Positions 1 through 10,731 of a DNA stretch of 64,000 nucleotides are shown here, one piece after another; the first letter of the stretch is position 1; every line of letters begins with the position of its first letter. The translations under genes were made by a program, and so were the position numbers. The DNA lies in contig NIVC01000822.1 of the NCBI GenBank assembly GCA_002269645.1, positions 310,001 through 374,000 on the forward strand. Reading direction: 5' to 3'. This DNA is from Macrostomum lignano (taxonomy: Eukaryota). Under the pieces are notes generated by a model, which saw only the letters and a program-made list of their open reading frames with translations, had not been told where the DNA came from and ran no database searches.

Positions 1-759
1 AGCTTCGAGGTCAAGTCGCTGATCGTCTCAAATTTGATCTTGTAGGGAGCCGTGAAATGGGAGTTCACGCTGTTACCTTCCGGAGCGCTACAGTCGTGGA
101 TGAGCCGAACATTGCCATCCGGTTTGGCGATGGCGCCGATGGCAGACACTTTCGTGGGTCTCTTCGCGACGCGTCGGTAGCGGCCTAACTCGATCTCGCG
201 GTAAATCTGCCTTTCGACCTTACTCTCGTTCGGCTTGTTTTCGACCTCGTTTTCGACGAAAGCCGTAGTTTTCGACCTCGGATTGGCGAAATGAGTACTC
301 GATAGTCAGGCGAAACCCCTCGTGGAGGCCTTGCATAAGAAATTCACGGTCATAATCCTCTTGAAGAACTCTAGACCAAGCAGCTAGATTCATGTCGGCG
401 TTGTTGCTGCGAAGAGCGTCAGGGATAAAAGTGGAGTTAAAATCAGCAGGAGGCCGCGTGGGGCCGCACGCGGAGGGGTTCGCTACCCCGCCGCTCTCTA
501 GTTTCTTGACGTCGGTATCCCGCCAGTTCCGTGCCGGGACTCCGTGTGGTCCGGCTGCAAGCATATGCGGCACACGTGAGCATACTTGCAGTTTGGGAAA
601 CGGCAGCCGGCTAGTAGGTTGAAGACACGGCAGACGGGGATGCTCTGAGCTGTCCTGGCAGTTGTCTGTGGCTTTGGCGGACGCTGCTTTGTCGCTGTTG
701 CCTGCGGTGCTACCAGATGCCGGGCGATGAGTGAGAAGTTCTGCTGGGCCCAAGAGCAC
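1..759 (-). pseudogene. DIRS/Ngaro RT ORF N-terminus, frameshifted near 255
   Basis: ORF 220-759 loses RT similarity after 'VENY'; similarity resumes in the +1 frame ('VENKPNESKVERQIYREIELGRY'). Confidence 0.7.
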
Positions 760-1421
760 CCCGTAGAGGCTTGTGCGCGTCGAAAGCTGTCGTCAAATCG
801 CATCACCCGAGCTGTTTCATAGCCGCAGTCGAGGAGCTCGCCGATTTGCACGTTGTATTGCAAGTATTCTGAGACTGTTTGATCCTTGAGTTGTCTCGTT
901 TCGAGGAGATACTCGAGGATCCGGGCGTTTGCCATGATCCACTGCCCGACGGACACCGCCTCTGGTTTCATGTTGCTGCTTTTGGCTCCTCGGAGCACAA
1001 GTTGGCCCTCAGCGCGCTGGGCCAGGACGGCATCGGCCGAACGGGATGCGTCCCCGAGAAAGTCCGTGACGAGCATCACCTGTCTCTGTTGCCTAACTCT
1101 GTCTATTTGGGACTTCGAGCATTGGTCCTGGGTGGCCTCATTGTTAACAGCGCTGAGTAACTCACCAAGGTCTTCCGGGTTCTCAGATGCCGCCCGGTGG
1201 GGTTCGAGATCCTCCGACGCTTGGGCCTCTCTCCTGAGTTGTCGCTCTTTTGCCTGGTTTTCCAGCAGCCGGATGCGCCTCTCTGCAGCTTGGATTTCCG
1301 CTTGAACATCCAGGTCTGACGCCGCCTGCCGTCCTCCCGGGCCGCTCTCTGCTCTCTCGCTGGCCGTAGATGTTCGCGTCTCATCGGTGTCCTCATGGCG
1401 TGCCGATCGAAGGCCATCCAT
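498..1421 (-). CDS. DIRS/Ngaro ORF1 (gag-like) with C-terminal Cys/His zinc-finger
   Basis: 307 aa ORF ending 'CRVFNLLAGCRFPNCKYAHVCRICLQPDH'; upstream in-frame 'ENGLSSSGKKAILMDGL' looks like a degenerate SAP motif. Confidence 0.75.
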   Translation of the reverse strand: MDGLRSARHEDTDETRTSTASERAESGPGGRQAASDLDVQAEIQAAERRIRLLENQAKERQLRREAQASEDLEPHRAASENPEDLGELLSAVNNEATQDQCSKSQIDRVRQQRQVMLVTDFLGDASRSADAVLAQRAEGQLVLRGAKSSNMKPEAVSVGQWIMANARILEYLLETRQLKDQTVSEYLQYNVQIGELLDCGYETARVMRFDDSFRRAQASTGCSWAQQNFSLIARHLVAPQATATKQRPPKPQTTARTAQSIPVCRVFNLLAGCRFPNCKYAHVCRICLQPDHTESRHGTGGIPTSRN

Positions 1422-2229
1422 GAGGATTGCCTTCTTCCCAGAACTGGACAGACCATTTTCAGTGCTTGAAGCAACTGTAGCAGTACTGTGAAATTGATGA
1501 GACAGGCACTGAAGGCAAAATTTTCTTTTTCATTATTGTACAGTACAGCCAGCTCGTCAGTATATATAGAACTTTTCTTCTTTTGCCTCGGTGAGGTATA
1601 GAGACGGGAAAAATTTGCGAAGCTTCCAGTCCAGATGCTATATAGAAAAGTCCCTGATCAGTCCCTGGCTACTGTCTCTCTCTGGACTGTAACTGAATAA
1701 ATAATTTATCTCCCAAAGTTGCGGGTCCAAATATGATGTTCCCCACAACCCTCTAAAAGCTAAAGGGGCCAGCATGCAGCTCACAGTGCGTCTCTCTCTT
1801 CCCTTCATCTTCCTGTCTCTCACTACACAGGCTTCGCGCTAGGCTGTAAATTGTATAGCTCCTAATAAAACTAAAACTGACGCTGCGCTGGCGTGGGTCC
1901 CATTAAGTCAGAGTAAACGCAGAGGGGGAGAGGGGGAGAGAGAGACGCAGAGCAAACGACCAAAGAATTAATGGCTTAATGCAAATTCCCAATGCATAGA
2001 GTGCAAAATTCTTCCGACCCATCCTCACTAATACTTCTGGAGCCACCCTCGGTCCAGAAAATCGATCGCTAGAGGACGTTACTATGGTCCAGTTATATTA
2101 TATTCTAGCGCTATCTTCTCTACCCTACTGCAGACAGGTTTGCTGTTGTTGCGTATATTTTAAAGCGCACTGCATGAGATGGTTTGACGTAGCGCAGCAT
2201 CATTTGACGTCACTCTTGAGTTTGAGGCC

Positions 2230-2595
2230 TTTTTTTATTAGAGGCAGGGGGGGGGGGGTTGTGTGCATCCTAGCGAACTTTAAGCGACATAGGCACACAA
2301 CCGGCGAGAGGCATTACTGCCCATTCCGCCGACTCCCCTGAGCAGGCATACAAGCGCACGGATACGTTCGCAGGCACACACTCACACAGGAGTGCACAGC
2401 GGCCCTAACTTTATATTATCGTTAGGCATGTACACTTCACTGCGCCTTGAGGGGTAGGCTGTCAAGACCGTTAATTGCACGAGCAGAGCCAAGCCGAGAT
2501 TCCAATTCAGCCCCAAAATAATGTAACTGCACTTGGAATCGAGCCTGGGTCGCTGGCACACCAGAGCCTGCGCTAGACCGCTGGGCTACGGCCCC
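2230..2595 (-). mobile_element. tRNA-derived SINE (copy 1)
   Basis: Minus strand begins GGGGCCGTAGCCCAGCGG (A-box) ... GGCTCGATTCC (B-box-like), ends TAATAAAAAAA; clearly homologous to 50030-50389. Confidence 0.8.
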
Positions 2596-3142
2596 CCTCG
2601 AGGTTGAGGCCTGTCTGTTAGTTGCGGTATCTCACACGATAGATCTCTCAAACTCTCTGGCCGTGACTGTTAAAAACTACATGTAGCTACAACAGAATCC
2701 CGACTATACGGACGGTCTTGGCTTCTCGCGATTGTTTATTCTTTCCGGTCTTAGGTTGTTAAAGAAATAATCAAGTCTAATAAATCTGAGGGTTAGACTC
2801 TAACAAAAAACAGGTAAATGAGCCCTGTGGCTAAATTATCGCTTTTATTTAATTAAATCGATCTTCTCTCTCTCCAACTCTCTGACTCATCAACGCCTCA
2901 CGCACATCAACCCCACCCCAACACACTCTGAGACGGGGACCGCCAAGCGTACACCTGCGACGCTACATATAGCAGAGGGTCGGTACGCAGGCACTCCAAA
3001 TCCAACACATAGGTGAACTTGAGCCACGATCATTAAGACAAGTGCATGTAAACATTGAAACAATTGGGGGGGGGCTGATTTTGAGACCAAACTGCATGAG
3101 CTGCGGCGAAACAAAGCAGACTCTGAAGCAGACTCAACTGAT

Positions 3143-4846
3143 TTGCTCAACTCTTCTCTAAAACTAGATTCTGAGGCTACGCCGCCTCTTGAGTACGAGT
3201 TGCAAATGGACCAGACGTTCTGTGATCCAGTGCACCAAGTTCGGAAAATGGAGTTCGGACGCGATAGTTTCTCCGGATTTGATGAGAAAGTGATTATGAT
3301 CGTTGGTGAAACTGGCTCTGGAAAAACTACTCTGATCAACTCGATGGTCAACTACATCTTCGGTGTGAAGTACGAAGACCCGTTTCGCTTCAGAGTCGTT
3401 ACAGATCCAAAGGAAAAGAAACTTAAGACATTTCAGTCAATGAGTCAAACTCAATGGGTCACATCCTACACATTTCACCATCGCGATGGCTGTCAGCAAC
3501 CTTGCTCGTTGACTCTGGTGGACACGCCAGGATTTGGTGACACTGGCGGCATCATGAACGACAAGAAGATTGTCGACCGAATCAGAGAGTTCTTCTCTTG
3601 TCCAAGTGGCATTGATCACTTGGATGCTGTGGGCTTTGTGGTGCCTTCGAGTGTCGCCAGACTGACGCCAACGCAGCGATACGTTTTCGACTCGATCCTC
3701 TCTCTGTTCGGTAAGGATATTGGCGAAAACATCTACATGCTAATCACATTTGCTGATGCAAATATACCTCCTGTACTCGAGTCCCTTAAGGAAGCGAGGA
3801 TCTGCTACAATTTACACATCAAATTCAACAACTCTGCTGTATTTGCCAAGTGTCAGGAAATGGACCAGACGAGCCAAATGTTCAACAGAATGTTCTGGGA
3901 TATGGGAATAAACAGCTTTCAAGGATTTTTCTCCCACTTGATGAAGATTACGGCAAAGAGCCTGACCCTGACCAAAGATGTTCTGAGTGAGCGACAGAGA
4001 CTGCAGACTCACTTAATTGCCATCAAGGCGGAGATCGATCAAGGTCTGAACAAGTTGAATCAGCTGGAGCGCGAAATATCCGTTATCAAGGCTCACCAGT
4101 CAGATTTGGACCGTAACCGCAACTTCACATACACAGTGGTGGAAGACACAGCAGTCTGCCAGCCGATTCCTTCCGGAACTTACATCACGAACTGTCTAAC
4201 GTGCAACAGGACGTGCCACTATCCATGTGCGTTATCCGACGATGCAGACAAAATTCACTGCGTGGCGATGAAAGATGGCCATTGCCACGTGTGCGAAAGT
4301 GGTTGTGTATGGTCAGTCCACAAGAACATGATATACAAATTTGTTATTACTCAGCAAACTGTTACAAAGACGTCGGATGACCTGAAAGGTCGCTACACCG
4401 ATGCGAAGGGGAAACTGCTGTCGGCCAAGCAGCTGGCGCAGCGGGTGTATGAGGAGTACCTCGGGATGAAGGCCAACGTGATGCAGCTGGTCAAGGAGAG
4501 CAAAAAGTGCATCGGGCGCCTGCAGCAGATCGCTCTGAAGCCTGACCCTCTGAACGAGGTTGACTACATTGACAAGCTGATTGACGCCGAGCAGATGAGC
4601 AAGGATGATGGGTATCGCGACCGAATCCAACAACTGCTGGATATTCGAGAGCTCGCTGTCCGAGCTGAGAACCTGAAGAAGGACGAGCTGCTGAATGTAC
4701 TGCTGCAGAGCGAAACGCGAGTTTACCGCAGGTACGAAGAGTTTTTTGTAAAGCCGAGCGCCTCTGGCATCACTGCGCACCTCCGAGGCGGCTTCAAGAG
4801 GCTGAAGCGACTGTTCTATGAAGGTGGCGGCCACTCACAGGCTTAG
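3143..4846 (+). CDS. Septin/AIG1-like P-loop GTPase with Cys/His-rich insert and coiled coil (short paralogue; true start uncertain)
   Basis: G1 GETGSGKT, G3 DTPG, CxxCxxxCH...C..CxxxCxxxxH cluster; near-identical to the C-terminal half of 18412-21473. The ORF-track start is TTG and the frame is open upstream to about 3059. Confidence 0.8.
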   Translation: MLNSSLKLDSEATPPLEYELQMDQTFCDPVHQVRKMEFGRDSFSGFDEKVIMIVGETGSGKTTLINSMVNYIFGVKYEDPFRFRVVTDPKEKKLKTFQSMSQTQWVTSYTFHHRDGCQQPCSLTLVDTPGFGDTGGIMNDKKIVDRIREFFSCPSGIDHLDAVGFVVPSSVARLTPTQRYVFDSILSLFGKDIGENIYMLITFADANIPPVLESLKEARICYNLHIKFNNSAVFAKCQEMDQTSQMFNRMFWDMGINSFQGFFSHLMKITAKSLTLTKDVLSERQRLQTHLIAIKAEIDQGLNKLNQLEREISVIKAHQSDLDRNRNFTYTVVEDTAVCQPIPSGTYITNCLTCNRTCHYPCALSDDADKIHCVAMKDGHCHVCESGCVWSVHKNMIYKFVITQQTVTKTSDDLKGRYTDAKGKLLSAKQLAQRVYEEYLGMKANVMQLVKESKKCIGRLQQIALKPDPLNEVDYIDKLIDAEQMSKDDGYRDRIQQLLDIRELAVRAENLKKDELLNVLLQSETRVYRRYEEFFVKPSASGITAHLRGGFKRLKRLFYEGGGHSQA

Positions 4847-5029
4847 ATGGGTTTGGCGCGCTAACATTTTTTGTTAAATGCGCTGTCATGTTTTTATGTT
4901 TCTGCAAATTGTAGCTGTGTTTTTTCAGTGTCATTTTTTCATACTCTCAATGCTAGATTAGGTTAACTGAAACAAGAAATTTTTTTTATTTTTTCAAATA
5001 TTAACGTACTTTTTGTGCGCGAAGTTCCT

Positions 5030-6893
5030 ATAAAGTTCCTATTCTGCGTCCCGGGTTGCAGAAACAACTATAAAAGCAACAGCATTTGCTTCTTTATTAA
5101 AAATGCTTCATTGCCAGACCAAGTTGCTTCAAGCTCCTTCAAGCCGAGCTGCAGAAGGAGATATTTACAGCAGCTCATGATCTTCGCTTATCTTCTGTAC
5201 TCCACCCGTGCTTCGGCTTATAAGACGATACTGGAGCAGGATGTCCTCTGTTTTCCATCTGATCGAATCCTTCGGTCTGTTTCAGCCAAAGTTGGTTCAA
5301 AGAAAGTTCTAGACATCGAAAGATACCTTCAGTTGAGAGCATCGAAGCTATCCCAGTTTGAGAAGACTGTCACACTTGTAATTGATGAGATTTACATCGC
5401 CAGCCGGGTTGAGTACAGCAACGGTCAAGTAACTGGACTGGGCGAATATGGTGCTGTTGCTTCAACGATCTGCTGCTTCATGATGAACTCTGTAGCTGGG
5501 CCATACAAAGATATGGTGGCGATGCATGCGGTGGCAGCCTTGACGGCAAAGAAGCTGACTGAATGGTTTCAGCAAGCCATGGATATGCTGAGAAGGCTGT
5601 CGTTTACCGTTATTGCCGCTGTGAACCGCAAATTTGTGAAGGGATTGTGCGGCAGTAGCTTCAACCCATCATTTCTAGATGAAGTAACCGGCCAGCCCAT
5701 CTTTGTTTTTTTGACCCGGTGCACAATTTGAAAAATATCTACAACAATTTTCAAACTCGGGGAGTCTTCAGCTTTCTTTCGACTCCACTTCTGCCTAATG
5801 CTCGAGAAGCTCGTTTTGAGCACATCGTTCAACTCCACGAGCTGGAAGCATCGATGCCGCTGAAGTTAGCACACAAGTTGAACCTGACAGTTCTGAGTCC
5901 GAAGAGCATCGAGAGAACTTCTGTTCAAGTTGGCAGTTGATGTCTTTAATGACGCTACTCCAGATGCACTTCTCTATTACTCAGAATGGCGAGGCAAGGC
6001 CTGGAAAGCTACTGCAGACTTCATTAGCATAGTACTAAAGCTATGGACTGGAAGCTGCAGTTTCTCCACGAGTTTGCCGTTTTCCTGGACGAGTGAGAAG
6101 CATCAGCATTGGCTGGCCTGTCCAAGAAGACTTTCCTGGCATATAGAGTAACTTGTCGCGCTCTGGCTGCCTGTGCCATGCGCCTGCTCGATCGACAGGG
6201 CTTCGCCTACGTGCTCCTTGGAGCACTCCAATCGGACTGCATTGAGCGGAGATTTGGGTGGCTTCGCCAAATGTCTGGCGCCAACTACTATATTTTAGCT
6301 CGGCAAGTCAAGGAGAACAGCAGAAAGATCTCAACTGTTAGTTTGTTGAAGTACTCCAAGTTTTCCATAAAGGAGATCGACGACGCCTTTGACAAACCTA
6401 GTGAATGTAGTCGACCCAAGGAGCTGGTCAGCTATCTGGCCAGTTTACTGGAACTGGATTGCGAGCCCCAGCAAGATGATTTTACTGTTATTTACTGCGT
6501 TATCGCTGCAGTTGGTCGAAATTTTTCGCGAAACCGAGCATGCGAGTTGTGCAAAGGCATGCTGCTGGATCCGAAGCTGCGTCGCCGCTAGAAGTTAACT
6601 GGGTTCCACCTCAGGCATCTGCATTCATTGACCAGATCAACCGAGGCGGTCTTTGCCAGCCGACGGAGCTTGTTTTTGCGTTGGCCACTCACTGCTGGAA
6701 AATCTTGGAAGAAGTTAAAAGCAAGGAGTCACTACGCAAGGAATTCCTGCACGCCCGACAGCAGCAACAAGTCTTCTGTGGACTCTTTGATGAGATGACA
6801 GACGACCCCAAGTTTCTGGAGTGCTTTGCACATCTGACCACCTGCACAAAAAGGAGCAATCCACAACATCCAGTCAAGCACCAGGAGGAATAG
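5030..6893 (+). pseudogene. Degenerate P-element/THAP9-like transposase
   Basis: THAP start 'CVPGCRNNY', 'TLVIDEIYI', 'HNLKNIYNNF', 'LKLAHKL...LSPKSIERTSV', 'LQSDCIERRFGWLRQMSGANY' spread over several frames; no TIRs identified. Confidence 0.8.
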
Positions 6894-7200
6894 GGACGGC
6901 ACAAACGTCTATCTTCCTTAAGCACCTCAGAGGATGTCTCAAAGAAATCCGACACGCCGTCCAGTGTAAGCACAGCAGCGCTCGCGCGTGCCTTGGTACA
7001 GCGTCATGACAGTGAAAATCAGCTGCTCTGGCACGTTGTTCGCACAAAACACCATTGGGAGCACGGCCCTCACGACCGAGTCGAAAGCTTTTCTGAAGTC
7101 AATAAAAAGAGCAATCAGGCTCGACTGGTGGGTCCGCGCTTCCTCGATGACTCGGCAAAGGTACCCCCTCAAGCTACTGAAAAGAGGCCAGATACGAGCT
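6860..7200 (-). mobile_element. RTE-like non-LTR retrotransposon RT fragment
   Basis: 'ALFIDFRKAFDSV' followed, after a frameshift, by 'PSLFLLVLDWML'. Confidence 0.7.
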
Positions 7201-10200
7201 ACTTCGTTAAGGCTACTCCCTGGTAAACTGGTTCAAGTAGCCTCTCACGCAGTCAATCAGCTAGAAATCCGACTGCCAGTGGCCAAAGAATCCCGAGACC
7301 TTCAGGCTTGTCACTTAAGGATCATTCAACTCTTGTTGATGATCTACGAGTAGCAGTTGATGCCGAAGATTATGTATTCTAACTTGATACGAGCGCGTAT
7401 GACTCGATGGGGTGAGATGTCTCAATCCAGGGGAAGAGGAATCAACAGATGCTGGAAAAATGTCGCTCGATGAAAAACCCACACGTTTCTCGAGGGTTCC
7501 GAAAGGTGAATTTCCGAGTAGGATAAAATCTTTTCCGAGTAAGATATCGCAGCTTTTGGCTCGCGATTTGTCATACCGGAGCACACCGGTTCTGATTGGC
7601 TGAGCATGTTGCCACCCAAACTTGAAATGCCAAAAGATTTTATCAAGTCCCTTAAAAACCCTAAAAAAGTGCCATGAATCACCAACTTTTATTCAAAATG
7701 AGTTTCTATACAAGTTTCAGCAACATCAAATCGAAATTGACATTTAAAAATAAGAATCAAAAGCAGTGTGGAGATTGCAATAGAAATATCTGCAAGAAGA
7801 TTAGGATTAAAACTACGAGCTAATATCGTTGTAAATTTAGGGAGGGGGAGGGCAGATGCGAAAATATCGAATTTAATTGATGGTCTCATGTCAAAAATTA
7901 TAAAAAAGCGCGAATCACGTGGTTTTACCAGACTATCTGGCGCCTTACAGACTCACAGGCCCGCATGCTATGAGACCAGGTGAACAGATAGGTCACTAGA
8001 AAAGAAGAGAAGAAGCATTTGGCATTTCAGAAAAACATGCAAAGTGCTGTGTCAAATCGGGCGCATAATCACTTTCTGAGGGTTCCCCAGTGCGCAGGGC
8101 CTGATAGGATCTCTCGGCCTTTCGGGCCTGGAGCCCAGCCAACCAGAATCTACATGTACGTGTTCCGCTAGCTATAACAAATCGCGAGTGAATTGATTCC
8201 TTTTCAAACTAAAGATACTTTCTACTCGAAACTCAACCTTCTCCTGCTCTCGGTTTTCACCTCCAGTCCGGCTACCACTTCCCCGTCGTGTGACAACAAA
8301 TTAGCAAACACCACTTCGGTGTCAACTTCTAGAACTTCATCGAAAGTCGGCTACCTATTCAGGATTCTTTGGCCAACCGGCAGTCTGATTTTCTGATGGG
8401 GGACTACTGGGTGCAATGAGCACTCTTTATCTGGCCCCGTTTTCAATAGCCTGATCATGGGTATTGCACTTTGTTTGTTTGCTTTTCATTTGCTGCACTT
8501 CCAATGCAGAAATCCAGTGTTTACGAGCGCACTACTGAGAGTAGCTTGTTCGCTCTGTATCAGTTTATATTAGGTTAGTTCCAAGTTTTGTGAAAAGACA
8601 TATCTCATCAAATTATTTATTTTTGCCTTCTTTATTTCATTCGCAATGCGAGCTCAGATGAGCAGCTAAGCTCAAGGGTGGCCAGGTTGTAATAGACCGA
8701 ACGGTAAAACAGGATCCAGTGTGATCAACCAATCATTTTTAACCAGGATTCAAGCCACTGACAGTCATGTGCTTTGAAGAAGATAAGCGGCTTATTTAAT
8801 GTAATAATTCACCTGCAAAGGGTCTCAGCGGGTCTCAGAGGGTTTCAGAAAGTTTTTAGTCGCATTAAGGACTAGAAGCTAGCATATACAAAGGTGATAT
8901 GATAATACATTCCCCGACCCTGTAGTCTCGCCTTGCAAAAACCCCTTGCAAAAAGCTCTCTCTTTCTCCATACACGGTCAGTCCCAGCAGTATCCGTTCT
9001 ATGACTTCTAAATTAACCGGTTGGCTTGTATATTATTTGAGTCTTGAGAGCCCCGTAGTCGCAAACCCGATTTTGAGAGAGCTAATTTAGTTAGCTTTAT
9101 CTCCGGATTATCTGATATCTACCTACCTTTCCGATTCTCCCCGCTCGCTTCTCTTTGTCTTTTCTTAGCTATCGGACCCAATGAGCTGCTATCTTGAGGC
9201 TGACCATCTGTCAGGAGTGGGAGGCCAGAGATTAGGTGATTGATTTCCACGACAAGCCTCTCATCAAGGGCTGTAAAATGCCGTACCCATCATAATGTTG
9301 CGCATTTGAGACTGCTTTTATTTTTAGTATATTGAGAAAAGTGCATTAAAGAGATAAGAAAAGGCTTCAAAAAATCTTCTCTAAGGAAAAGCTGTCTCTA
9401 TCGCTGTTGGCGTATCTAGTTGCGTAGGTATTTTAAGGAATGATATTTTTTTCACAGCCTCCTCCTAATCGTACATAAGACTGTTATTATTACTAGCGCG
9501 TTGCTAAGTGAAGTTAGGTCGGTCCGAGGAATGTAAAATTATATCGGTTGCGTTTGAACAGTTTTAGGAGAGAAAATATTCTATTAAATGGCCATTTTCT
9601 GTCCCTCTTGTTCTGCCCAACGTGCATCTCAGTTTTTTGGGTCTATCTCTCGTTTGTCAAGCACCCGGATTTTAACTTTGAAAAGGAATCTTCGGCTGCT
9701 GGACTGGAGGTCTTCGAATGGCAAGGACTACTAAGACAGACTAAGTGTTTTTGCGCTTGATATTGCTGCTACTGTCTGCATATGGCTCTCAAAGGGAGTG
9801 GGGTGTGCTGCTTCTGTGCAGCTACTTCTATTTGGTCCGTTTCAGGGTGCTCGAAAAACTCTGGACTGGAAACTTCTTCGCTAGCATTGTCTCAATCTAT
9901 TCTATATACCCTTTCAGTGTAGACTGTAGGCTAGATTCTCTTCTTTAGTTTTTTCTGCCCGAAGGTTTACCGCAATTTTGTACTTTTGCTGCAATTTTGA
10001 TCAATAGCTGCCAGAATTTAATATTGTACAGTCATGTGTTTTAGATTTTTTCAAATCCAAAACAATGTCTTCAGACGTCAGGCGAAATGATAAAAAGACT
10101 CATCTGCCACTCCCTCTCAGTCCTGAGCCAACAGACTCATCTTTAAGCTACCCTATTATTTTGGATCAAAAACAACGTGCATACGAGCTAAAAAGTTCAA

Positions 10201-10226
10201 CTGACTGTTAAAATAAACAAAAACTT

Positions 10227-10239
10227 GGGCCGAAAGCCG
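10227..10239. repeat. Target-site duplication GGGCCGAAAGCCG (left copy; right copy at 17065-17077)
   Basis: Exact 13-bp direct repeat flanking the LINE composite. Confidence 0.85.
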
Positions 10240-10526
10240 GCACGCGAAGGTGTATTCAGCACGCCAGTGAAGTATGAGACAGACCAGGCCTATGGGCTAC
10301 GGTCTGCGATGCTTCACGCCTGCCCCTATCTTCAGCAGGTCAAGGCTGGTGGGAGGTCTGCACCCGCTATTTGCCGCTGGCAGCCGCAGACTCCCCCACG
10401 CTGTCTCGCAAGTCGACCCAGGGGTACCCGTCCCCGCGTGTGTTCAAGGCAGACCCTAGGGGGCTGCTGGACAGACTGGGCTCCGGCGCTGGCGACCCTA
10501 TCCAGTGGCTTCGGCCGAATTTGGGT
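10240..10526 (+). ncRNA. Predicted HDV-like (CPEB3-type) self-cleaving ribozyme at the LINE 5' end
   Basis: Manual fold: P1 GCACGCG(10240-46)/CGCGTGT(10435-41) with first-pair G-U wobble; P2 ACCCAG(10416-21)/TTGGGT(10521-26); P3 GGG/CCC around L3 TACCCGT; P1.1 AC(10426-27)/GT(10442-43); P4 base TCAAGGC/GCTTCGG; J4/2 CCGAA. Confidence 0.75.
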
Positions 10527-10731
10527 ATGCGGGTCTGGCCCGCCAGCCTGCAGGCCATGGTGCTGCTTAACGTACCCTCTAATGCCTAAGGTGTTTGACG
10601 GTGCCGATGGGCTGGAAGGCCGGGGAGTAGTCCGGTCGCTAGCGGTCCTTTTTTCAAACCGGCTGGCTTGAGGTGTCGGCCAGTCGGGTACTCAACTCGC
10701 ATAACGAGTAGCCCTCCCCCGCTTTTCAGCT

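Larger units (their letters stand above)
1..1480 (-). mobile_element. DIRS/Ngaro-type tyrosine-recombinase retrotransposon, 5' part (gag plus start of RT); truncated by the window edge
   Basis: Gag-like ORF 498-1421 overlaps a second ORF with 'AWSRVLQEDYDREFLMQGLHEGFRL'; manual translation of 1-250 (-) gives 'REIELGRY...SAIGAIAKPDGNVRLIHDCSAPEGNSVNS', the N-terminal RT signature of DIRS/Ngaro elements. Confidence 0.85.

Noticed and set aside
8055-8150. GC-rich segment with ribozyme-like words (CTGATAG, GGCC-TTTC-GGGCC, GCCAA-CCAGAA)
   Set aside because: Could not complete either a hammerhead (no CUGANGA...GAAA order) or an HDV fold (P3/L3 and P1 do not close).
10225-10671. 148-aa ORF in the LINE 5' region
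   Set aside because: Starts at TTG outside the TSD-defined element and overlaps the structured 5'UTR/ribozyme; no protein similarity recognised.
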